A program made the translations under genes and the position numbers. Positions 55,605-63,942 of a DNA stretch of 64,000 nt are shown in pieces (the stretch's first letter is position 1; every line of letters begins with the position of its first letter). This DNA comes from Verrucomicrobiota bacterium. GTDB taxonomy: Bacteria; Verrucomicrobiota; Verrucomicrobiia; Limisphaerales; CANJXF01. The stretch lies in NCBI GenBank assembly GCA_038214755.1, contig JBBQRQ010000011.1:1-64000 (forward strand), read 5' to 3'. The notes below the pieces were generated by a model, which made no database searches, had not been told where the DNA came from, and worked only from the letters and a program-made list of their open reading frames with translations.

Positions 55605-55725
55605 GGCGACAATCTAACGAGTAAGAAACAAAAACCAAGCCGCGCGCGCGTCCCGCTCGTTTCCGTCTTGAATGAGATGGCCCAATGACGGATATTTTTC
55701 ACACATAAGAAACCCTCTGTATTCC

Positions 55726-55911
55726 ATGAGCACAGTTAAAGAAATTGAAGCGGCGATTCCTCGATTGACCCGTGGGGAGATCGAAGAAGTCAGGGCGTGG
55801 ATTGACGATTATCTCGAAGAGCAGTTCGAATTGACCGATGAAGTGAAGGCAAAGCTTGATCAATCGCGGGGCGAGATTGCTGCTGGAAAGTTCACCTCTC
55901 GCCAGCCGTAG
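55726..55911 (+). CDS. Putative type II antitoxin
   Basis: MSTVKEIEAAIPRL...acidic, 61 aa, 5 nt upstream of a RelE-like gene. Confidence 0.7.
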   Translation: MSTVKEIEAAIPRLTRGEIEEVRAWIDDYLEEQFELTDEVKAKLDQSRGEIAAGKFTSRQP

Positions 55912-55916
55912 TACTC

Positions 55917-56180
55917 ATGGCTGCCGCGCTTCAAATCTGGTCGCCAACATTTTCCCAGGCGTTTGATTCCTTGCCTTCTTCTATTCGCGAGAATGTTCAA
56001 CGAAAGATTAATGAGATGGGAACGCGGCTCGAAGCTTTCTCCCACCAGCGGCTTCAAGGCCGTTCTGAATTCAAACTTCGAGTTGGTGATTATCGTGTGC
56101 TTTACGAATTCGATTTAAAACTTGGGCGAATTTATCTGCATTACGTCGGCCAGCGCGGTCGAATTTACAAACAACGGTAA
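55917..56180 (+). CDS. RelE/ParE-superfamily toxin
   Basis: RLQGRSEFKLRVGDYRVLYEFD...VGQRGRIYK. Confidence 0.85.
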   Translation: MAAALQIWSPTFSQAFDSLPSSIRENVQRKINEMGTRLEAFSHQRLQGRSEFKLRVGDYRVLYEFDLKLGRIYLHYVGQRGRIYKQR

Positions 56181-56349
56181 GCGCCACGTGCTTCCTCTTT
56201 TCGGGGAGACGGCTAGGGTGAGGGCGAGCAATTTTCTCCAGTGAAATGGTAAGGTTACCAAAGTCTTTGGACTTCGCCAATTGCGCGATGGGAGAACAAT
56301 GATATTTTGTAGCTCGAATAAGTGAAGGACATCGGCGTCTATAAATACT

Positions 56350-56910
56350 ATGAAAAAAATATTCTTTGTTCTGACCATGGTGATGGGCTTTCACGCCAGA
56401 GCGGAACTCTTCAGTCCGCAATCAATCACCGGCGGCGCATTCGGCGCTCTGGCGGGCGCGATCATTGGTGGCCGGCACGCGGGTGAAGGCGCGGCCATTG
56501 GCGCGGGGGTCGGACTTTTGGCAGGCTCTCTCGCCGACGACCGTTCGCGCCGTCATGGGTATTATTCAGGCGGATACTCTTCCTATCCCGGCCGCAGTTA
56601 CGCGAGTTTCGGCTATTCCTCCGGGGGCTATTATCGGTCGCATCATCGGCACGGATACGGAGGGCCGAGCTATTCTTTTGGTTTCGGCTATAGTCCAAGT
56701 TATTATTCCCCGGCTTATTTTGAACCAGTAATTTCGACACCAATTTATTCCCAACCGTATTACTCCCAACCTTATGTTGTGCAGCAGCAGCCCGTGCAAC
56801 AGGCCGCGACTCCAGCGCCCGCTCAAGTGACCATCATCAACAACAACAATTATTACAACTCCGGTTCCAGCACGCCGATGAGCAGCGCCAATGCAATGTT
56901 CGGACGCTAA
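56350..56910 (+). CDS. Secreted glycine-zipper protein with Tyr/Gly/Ser-rich tail
   Basis: Signal peptide; GGAFGALAGAIIGG...GAAIGAGVGLLAG. Confidence 0.75.
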   Translation: MKKIFFVLTMVMGFHARAELFSPQSITGGAFGALAGAIIGGRHAGEGAAIGAGVGLLAGSLADDRSRRHGYYSGGYSSYPGRSYASFGYSSGGYYRSHHRHGYGGPSYSFGFGYSPSYYSPAYFEPVISTPIYSQPYYSQPYVVQQQPVQQAATPAPAQVTIINNNNYYNSGSSTPMSSANAMFGR

Positions 56911-56950
56911 TTTAAATGCTTCGGCGCGGCGCGAATCCCATTATTAAAAT

Positions 56951-57580
56951 ATGAAATATAAAAATACTTTTGCATTCCTGTCACTCGCTGTCGGAGCCAG
57001 TCTATTCGTCGGTTGCGCCAGTTCGGGCGTGAGAAATCCATCCGGTGTTCCCGTCACGGAAATGCGCCCCGATGAACGCGGGTTCGTCGCGGGGACCGGC
57101 GTGGAATCCCAAGACATGGTTGCCGTGACCGACAAAATGGCGCGAAGCATTTTGAGCGTCCCGGAAATTTCCAATGCGAAAGGAATTCCCCGCGTAGTGT
57201 TGGAACCGGTTGTGAACGAGACTCGTTTTCCGATCAACAAAGATATTTTTCTCACTCGCATCCGCACCGAACTCAACACCAAGGCGCGCAATAAAGTCCG
57301 TTTTCTCGCTCGTGAACAAATGAAAGCGCTGGAGCGCGAACGCGACTTGAAACAATCCGGCCAGGTCACGGCCAACAGCGATCCCAACGTCGTCGAATTC
57401 AAAGGCGCGGACTTTTTTCTCACGGGCAAATTGCAGGGGATGACCACGCGCACTTCGTCCGGCACGAGTGATTATGTGCTCTATTCCTTTCAACTGATCG
57501 ATGCGCGCACCAGCGATATTATTTGGGAGGACTCCGCCGAAATTAAGAAACAAGGGCTGGAAGATGCGGCGTATCGCTAG
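56951..57580 (+). CDS. LpoB-like lipoprotein
   Basis: Lipobox FVGC; ESQDMVAVTDKMARSIL, VVNET, GADFFLTGKL, FQLIDARTSDIIWE. Confidence 0.75.
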   Translation: MKYKNTFAFLSLAVGASLFVGCASSGVRNPSGVPVTEMRPDERGFVAGTGVESQDMVAVTDKMARSILSVPEISNAKGIPRVVLEPVVNETRFPINKDIFLTRIRTELNTKARNKVRFLAREQMKALERERDLKQSGQVTANSDPNVVEFKGADFFLTGKLQGMTTRTSSGTSDYVLYSFQLIDARTSDIIWEDSAEIKKQGLEDAAYR

Positions 57581-57595
57581 GCGGTTTTCGTTCGC

Positions 57596-58762
57596 ATGAA
57601 AAAATGTTTTTCACTTTGGACACTTGGAGTGTCTCTCGTGGCCTTGGCCGGTTGCGCGACTGAGGATTCCAATTCGCCCAAAACGTTTCGCAACGGCGCG
57701 GCGGTCAACCCCGTTCCCGCTCGCGATAAGCTGCTCTGGGAATATCACGACGCGCTGACCGAGTTGCGTCGCGGAAAGATCGACGAAGCCAAACGACTGC
57801 TCGATGACGCGCTCCTTTCGATGGGCGGAATCAATGCCAACGACAAAAATGCCAAACGCTCGCGACGACTTTTTTCCGGCGAATATAAAAAAACTTTTTT
57901 GGGCGAACCGTACGAGCGGGTGATGGCCTATTACTATCGCGGCATTCTCTACTGGATGGATGGCGAACCGGACAATGCGCGGGCCTGTTTTCGCAGCGCG
58001 CAAATTCAGGACAGCGACACGGAGAACAAAGAATATTCCAGCGACTACGTTTTGCTCGATTATCTCGACGGCCTGGCTTCCGTGAAATCGGGCGGTGATG
58101 GTTCGGATGCGTTTGCGCGCGCGAAAAAAAATTCTAAAAGTTTTTCCCTTCCACTCTACGACGCGAAGGCGAACGTTTTATTTTTTATCGATTACGGCAG
58201 CGGCCCTTTGAAATACGCCACGGGCCAATACGGAGAGGAGTTGCGTTTCCGAAGTCAAATTTCCCTCGCCCACAGCGCGACGATTCGAGTGGAGACACAA
58301 ACCATCTCAGTCCCTCCACACGATGATTTATACTTTCAAGCAACAACCCGCGGCGGCCGCGTGATGGACCACATTCTCGCCAACAAAGCTGTTTTCAAAA
58401 CCACCACCGGAAACGTGGGCGACGCGGCCATCGTCAGCGGCGCCGTCCTGGCGGGCACTCAACAAGGACGACACAATAGCGGTGATGAAATCGGCCTTGG
58501 TCTCGCGGCTTTCGGACTCATCAGCAAACTGGTTTCCTCCGCGACCATCCCCGCCGCCGACACCCGTTACTGGAATAATTTGCCCCAATATTTAAGCTTC
58601 GCCGCCCTCACGCTTTCGCCGGGCCAGCACGTTGCGAAAGTTGAATTCAACGACGGGCAAGGCCACGTTTTGCCGAACCTCACCAAGACGGTTACGATCA
58701 ACGTTCCCGCCAATTCACGAGACAACGTCATTTACGTCAGCGATAAATCCACCAACTCATAA
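57596..58762 (+). CDS. TPR-like lipoprotein (COG3014-like)
   Basis: Lipobox LAGC; FLGEPYERVM...DNARACFR; ADTRYWNNLP. Confidence 0.7.
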   Translation: MKKCFSLWTLGVSLVALAGCATEDSNSPKTFRNGAAVNPVPARDKLLWEYHDALTELRRGKIDEAKRLLDDALLSMGGINANDKNAKRSRRLFSGEYKKTFLGEPYERVMAYYYRGILYWMDGEPDNARACFRSAQIQDSDTENKEYSSDYVLLDYLDGLASVKSGGDGSDAFARAKKNSKSFSLPLYDAKANVLFFIDYGSGPLKYATGQYGEELRFRSQISLAHSATIRVETQTISVPPHDDLYFQATTRGGRVMDHILANKAVFKTTTGNVGDAAIVSGAVLAGTQQGRHNSGDEIGLGLAAFGLISKLVSSATIPAADTRYWNNLPQYLSFAALTLSPGQHVAKVEFNDGQGHVLPNLTKTVTINVPANSRDNVIYVSDKSTNS

Positions 58763-58764
58763 TT

Positions 58765-59364
58765 ATGAAAAATAAATTTGAAATCCTAAATCCGAATTCT
58801 CGAAATCCGAAAGAAATCCGAAATCCGAACGCCGAAAACAATCTCTGTCCGACGCCTAAAAAAGCGATTCTCGACCAGCACAGTCCAGCAGCACTTTCGA
58901 CCTTCGGGTTTCGGACTTCTTTCGGATTTCGGATTTCGGATTTCGGATTTCGCGAAAAATTCTTTCTCGTTTTTTTCTCTACTGTGATCGCGGCGGCTTT
59001 GGCAGGCTGCGCCAGCGGCGGCGCCTACGAGGCTCGCAACGCCACCAAATACGATTTGGAAAACCGCGATGTCTTCGTGCTCATGGACGCGGGCGCGCAA
59101 CGCTCCATCACCAGTTCGGGTATCCAGCAGCGCGTCACGCCCGATGGACGGCTCGAAGTCACCGCCAATATTCGCAATCGCGAGAGTCGCCGCGTTCAGG
59201 TGCAGGTCAATTGCGTCTTCAAAGATGAGCAGGGATTTTCCACCGGCGACGAAACGCCGTGGCAAAATTTAATCCTCACGGAAAATTCACAGGAGGCGGT
59301 GCATTTTATCTCCATGAACGACAAGGCCCGTCGCTACACCATTCGCGTTCGAGAAGCGCGTTGA
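58765..59364 (+). CDS. YcfL/DUF1425-like lipoprotein with a repeat element inside its signal peptide
   Basis: Lipobox LAGC near residue 82; DGRLEVTANIRN..VQVNCVFKDEQGF..ETPWQNLIL. Confidence 0.75.
   Translation: MKNKFEILNPNSRNPKEIRNPNAENNLCPTPKKAILDQHSPAALSTFGFRTSFGFRISDFGFREKFFLVFFSTVIAAALAGCASGGAYEARNATKYDLENRDVFVLMDAGAQRSITSSGIQQRVTPDGRLEVTANIRNRESRRVQVQVNCVFKDEQGFSTGDETPWQNLILTENSQEAVHFISMNDKARRYTIRVREAR
58780..58951. repeat. Heptamer-array inverted-repeat element in frame inside the ycfL-like gene
   Basis: Same arms, core and spacer as 34207 and 37000; encodes EILNPNSRNPKEIRNP...FGFRTSFGFRISDFGFR. Confidence 0.9.
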
Positions 59365-59400
59365 AGGTTCCCTGATCTTAATCACCTCTAAATTAATCTT

Positions 59401-60369
59401 ATGAAAAAAATTCTTCTGCTCACTCTGCTCGGCCTCGCGGGCTGCGCGTCGTCTCCTCAACCGGAAGTGCGGACATACGGTTACACTTCGGGCGTCGCTC
59501 CCAACGCGGCTCCTGCTCCCGCTTCGAGCGAAACGTTTGTCTATGATCAAAAACCTTTGCCCGGCCAGCCCGCGTTAGTCGCGCCCGACCAGGCCAAATC
59601 CATCATCGACAAATTTAAAGACGCTTACGCAAAACTCGATAGCCCGCGCATGTTGATCTACGTCAATCGCGAGTTGGTGGACGAAAAAACAGGAATGAAA
59701 TTGATCGCGCGGACGGAAAAAACCGAGAGCACCCGCCGTCGAGTGGACAGCACCATTGACGCGAATGGACGCACTTCAAATTCCGTCACGATCAACGCGG
59801 GCCGCGACGTGACGATCAACGGCTCTGACACCGATGCGCTCGGAAAAGGGAAAATTTCCAGCAAAACGGAACGCGTCTCCAACGAAAATCGTTATCGTCT
59901 CGAAGAAAAAAATCGCACGCTCGCTGACCGGCAAACGGTTCGCGATGTCGAACGTCTTTTTGGCCGACCGCTTCGGGCCGCGGGCGCATCGTTGACCGAT
60001 CAAACTATCGCAACCCAATTGATCGCGGACCGTCCTGTTCGCTCGTTCGTAGTGAACACGGAAGGAGAAGTTGCTCGCAAAGATCGCCAGGCGCTGGCCA
60101 AAATCGCGGACGTCGTGATCGAGGTGTTGATTTCATCGCGACAAATTACCGTGGGTGGAGTTTCCGCTGATCAGGCTTATTCGGTTCCTGACATTGAAGC
60201 GACGGCGACGCGTTTGAAAGATTCCAAAATCATCGGGCAAGCTTCCTCGCGGGATGTCCTTGGCAAAGATCGTTACGCCGGGAGCATCGCGCGAAATTTT
60301 GACGTGCAAGACATCGCCGAAGCCACCGCTCTCGCGCTGATGGAAGACATCACGACCAATGCAAAGTAA
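59401..60369 (+). CDS. Lipoprotein of unknown function
   Basis: MKKILLLTLLGLAGC lipobox; fourth lipoprotein of the operon. Confidence 0.75.
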   Translation: MKKILLLTLLGLAGCASSPQPEVRTYGYTSGVAPNAAPAPASSETFVYDQKPLPGQPALVAPDQAKSIIDKFKDAYAKLDSPRMLIYVNRELVDEKTGMKLIARTEKTESTRRRVDSTIDANGRTSNSVTINAGRDVTINGSDTDALGKGKISSKTERVSNENRYRLEEKNRTLADRQTVRDVERLFGRPLRAAGASLTDQTIATQLIADRPVRSFVVNTEGEVARKDRQALAKIADVVIEVLISSRQITVGGVSADQAYSVPDIEATATRLKDSKIIGQASSRDVLGKDRYAGSIARNFDVQDIAEATALALMEDITTNAK

Positions 60370-60385
60370 GCGACGGAAGTTTCTG

Positions 60386-60639
60386 CCGTAGCCGACGACG
60401 TGAGGATATCTCCACGATTTGCAATCGGGCGCCGTGACCATGAACCTAAATTTTGCGCGGGAGCGTCTTGGACTGCGCCAGCCCTCTGGCGCTTTTGGAA
60501 CGTCCCGGCAATCCCAAAGCGGCAGAGGGCTGCCGCAGTCCAAGACCGTGCGGTTGTTTCACGGTTTATGGATAGGCGGTCTGACTTTTCCTGATCGATA
60601 AGATTAAATCAGACCGCCTCCTCACGTCGTCGGCTACGG
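60386..60639. repeat. Three-layer nested palindromic element between convergent genes
   Basis: Outer GTAGCCGACGACGTGAGGA|GGCGGTCTGA arm split by a 60407-60574 insert, which itself contains a GGAC REPIN at 60465-60546. Confidence 0.8.
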
Positions 60640-60654
60640 GATCGCGCATCGCAA

Positions 60655-61407
60655 TTATTTCTCGCCGTAATTGATGCTCATTGCGCCGCCTAAAAAATTG
60701 ATCACGCGACTATTTTTGCAGTTCAACTTTTGCATTTTCTCCGCCACGCCGCGCTGCGCCGGATAATTTTTCAGCGACTCCAAAATGTAAGCGTAAGTGG
60801 CGCAGTCACCGCAAAAAACTTTTCCAAACAGCGGAACAATCCAGCGCAAGTATCCAAAATAGATTTTCCGCCAAAGCGCGTTGTCCGGTTTGCCGAAATC
60901 CAAAACCAAAATCCGCCCGCCCGGTTTGGCTACGCGAAACATTTCTTCCACTCCGCGCTCCCAACTCGGCAAATTGCGCAATCCGTAGCCGATACTCACA
61001 ACATCAAATTGTGAGTCTGCGAATGGTAAATGCTGCGCGTCGCCCTCGATAAATTGTAGCGGCGGTCTGTGACCGCCGGTGATTTTTTTTAAATGGCCGT
61101 GGCCACAGACGACCGCGACAACCCGTTGCTTCGCCACGTCTAACATTGGTCGGCTGAAATCCAACCCAGTAACTTCTGCGCCACATTTTGCCAGACCCAG
61201 AGAAATATCTCCCGTGCCACAACACACATCCAGAGCGTGCTCGCCTGGTTTCGCATTCGCCAAACCCACAAGCTGTCGTTTCCAATTCCGATGCAGCCCA
61301 AAACTTTGCAGGTCATTGATCAGATCGTAGCGCGGCGCAATTTTGGCGAACAAATCATGTACCTTCTCAGCGCGTTGTTCACCGGGCTGATAAAAAGGGT
61401 TGGCCAT
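60655..61407 (-). CDS. ubiE: UbiE/MenG quinone C-methyltransferase
   Basis: IAPRYDLINDLQSFGLHRNWK, LDVCCGTGD, GLDFS, GDAQHLPF, IGYGLRN, RVAKPGG, YAYILES. Confidence 0.9.
   Translation of the reverse strand: MANPFYQPGEQRAEKVHDLFAKIAPRYDLINDLQSFGLHRNWKRQLVGLANAKPGEHALDVCCGTGDISLGLAKCGAEVTGLDFSRPMLDVAKQRVVAVVCGHGHLKKITGGHRPPLQFIEGDAQHLPFADSQFDVVSIGYGLRNLPSWERGVEEMFRVAKPGGRILVLDFGKPDNALWRKIYFGYLRWIVPLFGKVFCGDCATYAYILESLKNYPAQRGVAEKMQKLNCKNSRVINFLGGAMSINYGEK
61054..61121. repeat. Degenerate GTAG REP-like palindrome in frame inside ubiE
   Basis: TTGTAGCGGCGGTCTGTGACCGC / GTGGCCACAGACGACCGCGACAA; encodes VVAVVCGHGHLKKITGGHRPPLQ. Confidence 0.7.
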
Positions 61408-61409
61408 TT

Positions 61410-62537
61410 TCAAATGCGATTAACCTTCTTCACCGAGCTTAAGATTTTTTCAACCGCATGCGCTTCATTGTCCTCGCTCAGCCAAATCCATTCCAATTGC
61501 ATCTGGTGTCGGAGCCACGTCATTTGCCGTTTGGCGAATTGTCGCGTGCGGATTTTCACAAGATCAATAGTCTCGGCTAACGGACGTTTGCCCTGCAAAT
61601 ATTCCACCACCTGACGATAGCCGATGGCTTGCATGGACGTTTGGTTTTTTTCCAAACCGCGTTCCATTAAATTCTTTGTCTCGTCCACCAAACCGCGCGC
61701 AAACATTTCATCGACCCGCCGGTTGATGCGCGAATGTAAATCGGACCTGCTCCGGGCCAGAGCAAACACCGTCGGCAATTTTTGAAGAGGAGTTTGCGCC
61801 CGTTGTTCAGAAAATGGTTTCCCCGTCAGACGAATGACTTCAACTGCGCGAAGGACGCGGCGGGGATTTTTTCGGTCGATCTTTTCAAAAGCTTCGGGAT
61901 CGCCCTCTTGCAACTCGCTCAACAAATCGGCGAGCGGAATTTTTTGGAGTTCAGCGCGCAAGGGGGAATTGCCGGGCGGCGCTTCACCCAGACCTTCGAG
62001 AAAAGCTTTCAAATAAAATCCGGTGCCGCCGCAAAAAATGGGGACGTGGTTTCTAGATTGAATTTCCACGACGGCTTTTTGCGCGAGCGAACAAAATTTT
62101 GCCGCGTCAAAACTTTCATCCAAATCCACCACGTCAATGAGGTGATGCGGAATTTTTCTCCGCTCGTCCGGCGAAGGTTTTGCCGTGCCGATGTCCAGGC
62201 CGCGATAGACTTGCATGGAATCGACGGAAATGATTTCACCGTTCAACTGTTCGGCCACTTGCAACGCCACCGCGCTTTTGCCGACGGCGGTGGAGCCAGT
62301 GAGGTAGATGGGAACAGTAGCCGCCGACGTGAGGAGAAGCGCCTCGGTCTGCAACCGGGCATCGCGGCCACGACGCCGGAACGCCGATCTCCTGATCGGC
62401 TCGGAGGAAATACTATCAGCACCGGGCCGATCAGGAGATCGGCGTTCCGGCGTCGTGGATAGGCAGACCTGCTCTGGGACACGAGTTTCCGCCTCCTCAC
62501 GTGGGCGGCTACGGGCGGGTTCATGGGGGAAGTTCAT
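61410..62537 (-). CDS. miaA: tRNA dimethylallyltransferase with a repeat-derived N-terminal extension
   Basis: GSTAVGKS, DSMQVY, IGTAKP, PHHLID, GGTGFY, AIGYRQ, TRQFAKRQMTW; ATG 62537 overlaps the lgt stop (ATGA). Confidence 0.92.
   Translation of the reverse strand: MNFPHEPARSRPREEAETRVPEQVCLSTTPERRSPDRPGADSISSEPIRRSAFRRRGRDARLQTEALLLTSAATVPIYLTGSTAVGKSAVALQVAEQLNGEIISVDSMQVYRGLDIGTAKPSPDERRKIPHHLIDVVDLDESFDAAKFCSLAQKAVVEIQSRNHVPIFCGGTGFYLKAFLEGLGEAPPGNSPLRAELQKIPLADLLSELQEGDPEAFEKIDRKNPRRVLRAVEVIRLTGKPFSEQRAQTPLQKLPTVFALARSRSDLHSRINRRVDEMFARGLVDETKNLMERGLEKNQTSMQAIGYRQVVEYLQGKRPLAETIDLVKIRTRQFAKRQMTWLRHQMQLEWIWLSEDNEAHAVEKILSSVKKVNRI
62317..62512. repeat. Nested REPINs in frame in the miaA 5' end
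   Basis: Outer GTAGCCGCCGACGTGAGGAG / CTCCTCACGTGGGCGGCTAC; inner perfect 33-bp stem 62368-62458. Confidence 0.85.
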
Positions 62538-63340
62538 GCTCGACCCTTCAAGCCGCCCGGCGTGCGCGATTTTTTTTTTGCCCAAAACAAAGTCAAGCCA
62601 GCGACGAAAATCCCGATGCTGACAAATTGCCCGGGGCTGATCGTGCCGTGGAAAAAATATTCCGACCGGCTGTAGTCGGCGCGAAAAAGTTCCACAAAGG
62701 ATCGAAGAACCGCATAGCAAAGAAGATAGGCCGCAAAAATTTGGCCATCGAATTTCTTGCGCCGATACAGCCACGCGAGAAAAAAATACAAACAGAAATT
62801 TAAAATCGATTCGTAAATTTGGGTCGGGTGGACGGCGAGGGCGTTCGAACCGGAGAGATGAGTGGCGTGGCCCACTGGAAAACGAATCGCCCAGGGGAGC
62901 GAACATTCTTTTCCAAAACAACAGCCGGTCATCAAACAGCCGATTCGACCGAACGCGTGTCCGAGAGGGATGCTCGGCGCGAGAACGTCGGCGAATCGAA
63001 GCAGAGGAATTTTCTTGAGGCGAGAGTAAAGAATCGTCGCGATCGCTGCGCCAAAAAAACCGCCGTAAAAAACCAGACCGCCATGTTGGATCATGAAAAT
63101 TTCCGTCCACGGTTTGTCGGCATATTCCTGGCGCCAATACGTGATGACATGAAGAACGCGCGCTCCGACGATGACGCCCAGCATTAGCCAAAGCGCAAAA
63201 TCCATGACCACTTCGGGAGCGATTGCGGTGCGCATTCCACGTCGGCTCGCCGTCCAAAGCCCGAGGAAAAATCCGACGGCAACAAAAATACCGTACCAAT
63301 GAATGGAAAAATTTCCGAGTTGAAGCGCGATGGGATGCAC
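62534..63340 (-). CDS. lgt: Prolipoprotein diacylglyceryl transferase
   Basis: IHWYG, GARVLHV, GGLVFYGG, GRIGCLMTGCCFG, HPTQIYE, RSFVELFR; likely GTG start at 63340. Confidence 0.93.
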   Translation of the reverse strand: MHPIALQLGNFSIHWYGIFVAVGFFLGLWTASRRGMRTAIAPEVVMDFALWLMLGVIVGARVLHVITYWRQEYADKPWTEIFMIQHGGLVFYGGFFGAAIATILYSRLKKIPLLRFADVLAPSIPLGHAFGRIGCLMTGCCFGKECSLPWAIRFPVGHATHLSGSNALAVHPTQIYESILNFCLYFFLAWLYRRKKFDGQIFAAYLLCYAVLRSFVELFRADYSRSEYFFHGTISPGQFVSIGIFVAGLTLFWAKKKSRTPGGLKGRA

Positions 63341-63344
63341 GGCC

Positions 63345-63758
63345 TCAGTGGCAACCGCAGCCGTGTCCACAAGAGCCGGATTCCATTTCGTCGGGCGACG
63401 GAACGCGTCCCGATTCCAAGGTCTTGCTCACATATTTGGAGACGGTGTCTTGCACTTTGTGCATCTGCTGCTGCGCGTCCACGAAACCTTTTGCGATTGG
63501 GTTGTTGAAAAACTCTTCGCGATTTTTCTCAAACTCCGCGATTTCCTGATCGGTCAATTGCGAGCCTTGCTGCTGTTTGTGCTGAAGATATTCGCCGCGT
63601 TCGCTCAAGGTTTCGTATTGCTTTTGCGCGGCGCTATCCGCGGCAAAGGCGTCGAGCCGCTCGCGAATAGACCGGACTTCCGGCTGTTCGAGAAGAGTGT
63701 GGCAAAGTTCCTCAATTTTTTGAGTGAGGAGATCGGATTCTTGAATTGTTGTTTCCAT
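63345..63758 (-). CDS. YlbF/YmcA-family regulator
   Basis: Helical Q/E-rich body, NPIAKGFVDAQ, C-terminal SCGHGCGCH. Confidence 0.75.
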   Translation of the reverse strand: METTIQESDLLTQKIEELCHTLLEQPEVRSIRERLDAFAADSAAQKQYETLSERGEYLQHKQQQGSQLTDQEIAEFEKNREEFFNNPIAKGFVDAQQQMHKVQDTVSKYVSKTLESGRVPSPDEMESGSCGHGCGCH

Positions 63759-63942
63759 AAATTTGATGGGATAATTGCTAATTCACGCGCCGGGTAACTT
63801 TAGCCGCTAACCTCGCTGCTGCAACCTGTTTTCAGTTTGCGCGGTCTGTATGAGATGGGAGCACACGGTTCGCGCGAAACGAATTCCAGCCCAGCGTCGC
63901 CTCTTTGCATTTCCTCTTACGGCCACTTAACTTGTGGCTCTC

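Noticed and set aside
62538..63299. 629-aa ORF implying a long fusion to MiaA
   Set aside because: The first ~250 codons are an alternate frame of lgt; the ATGA overlap marks the true start
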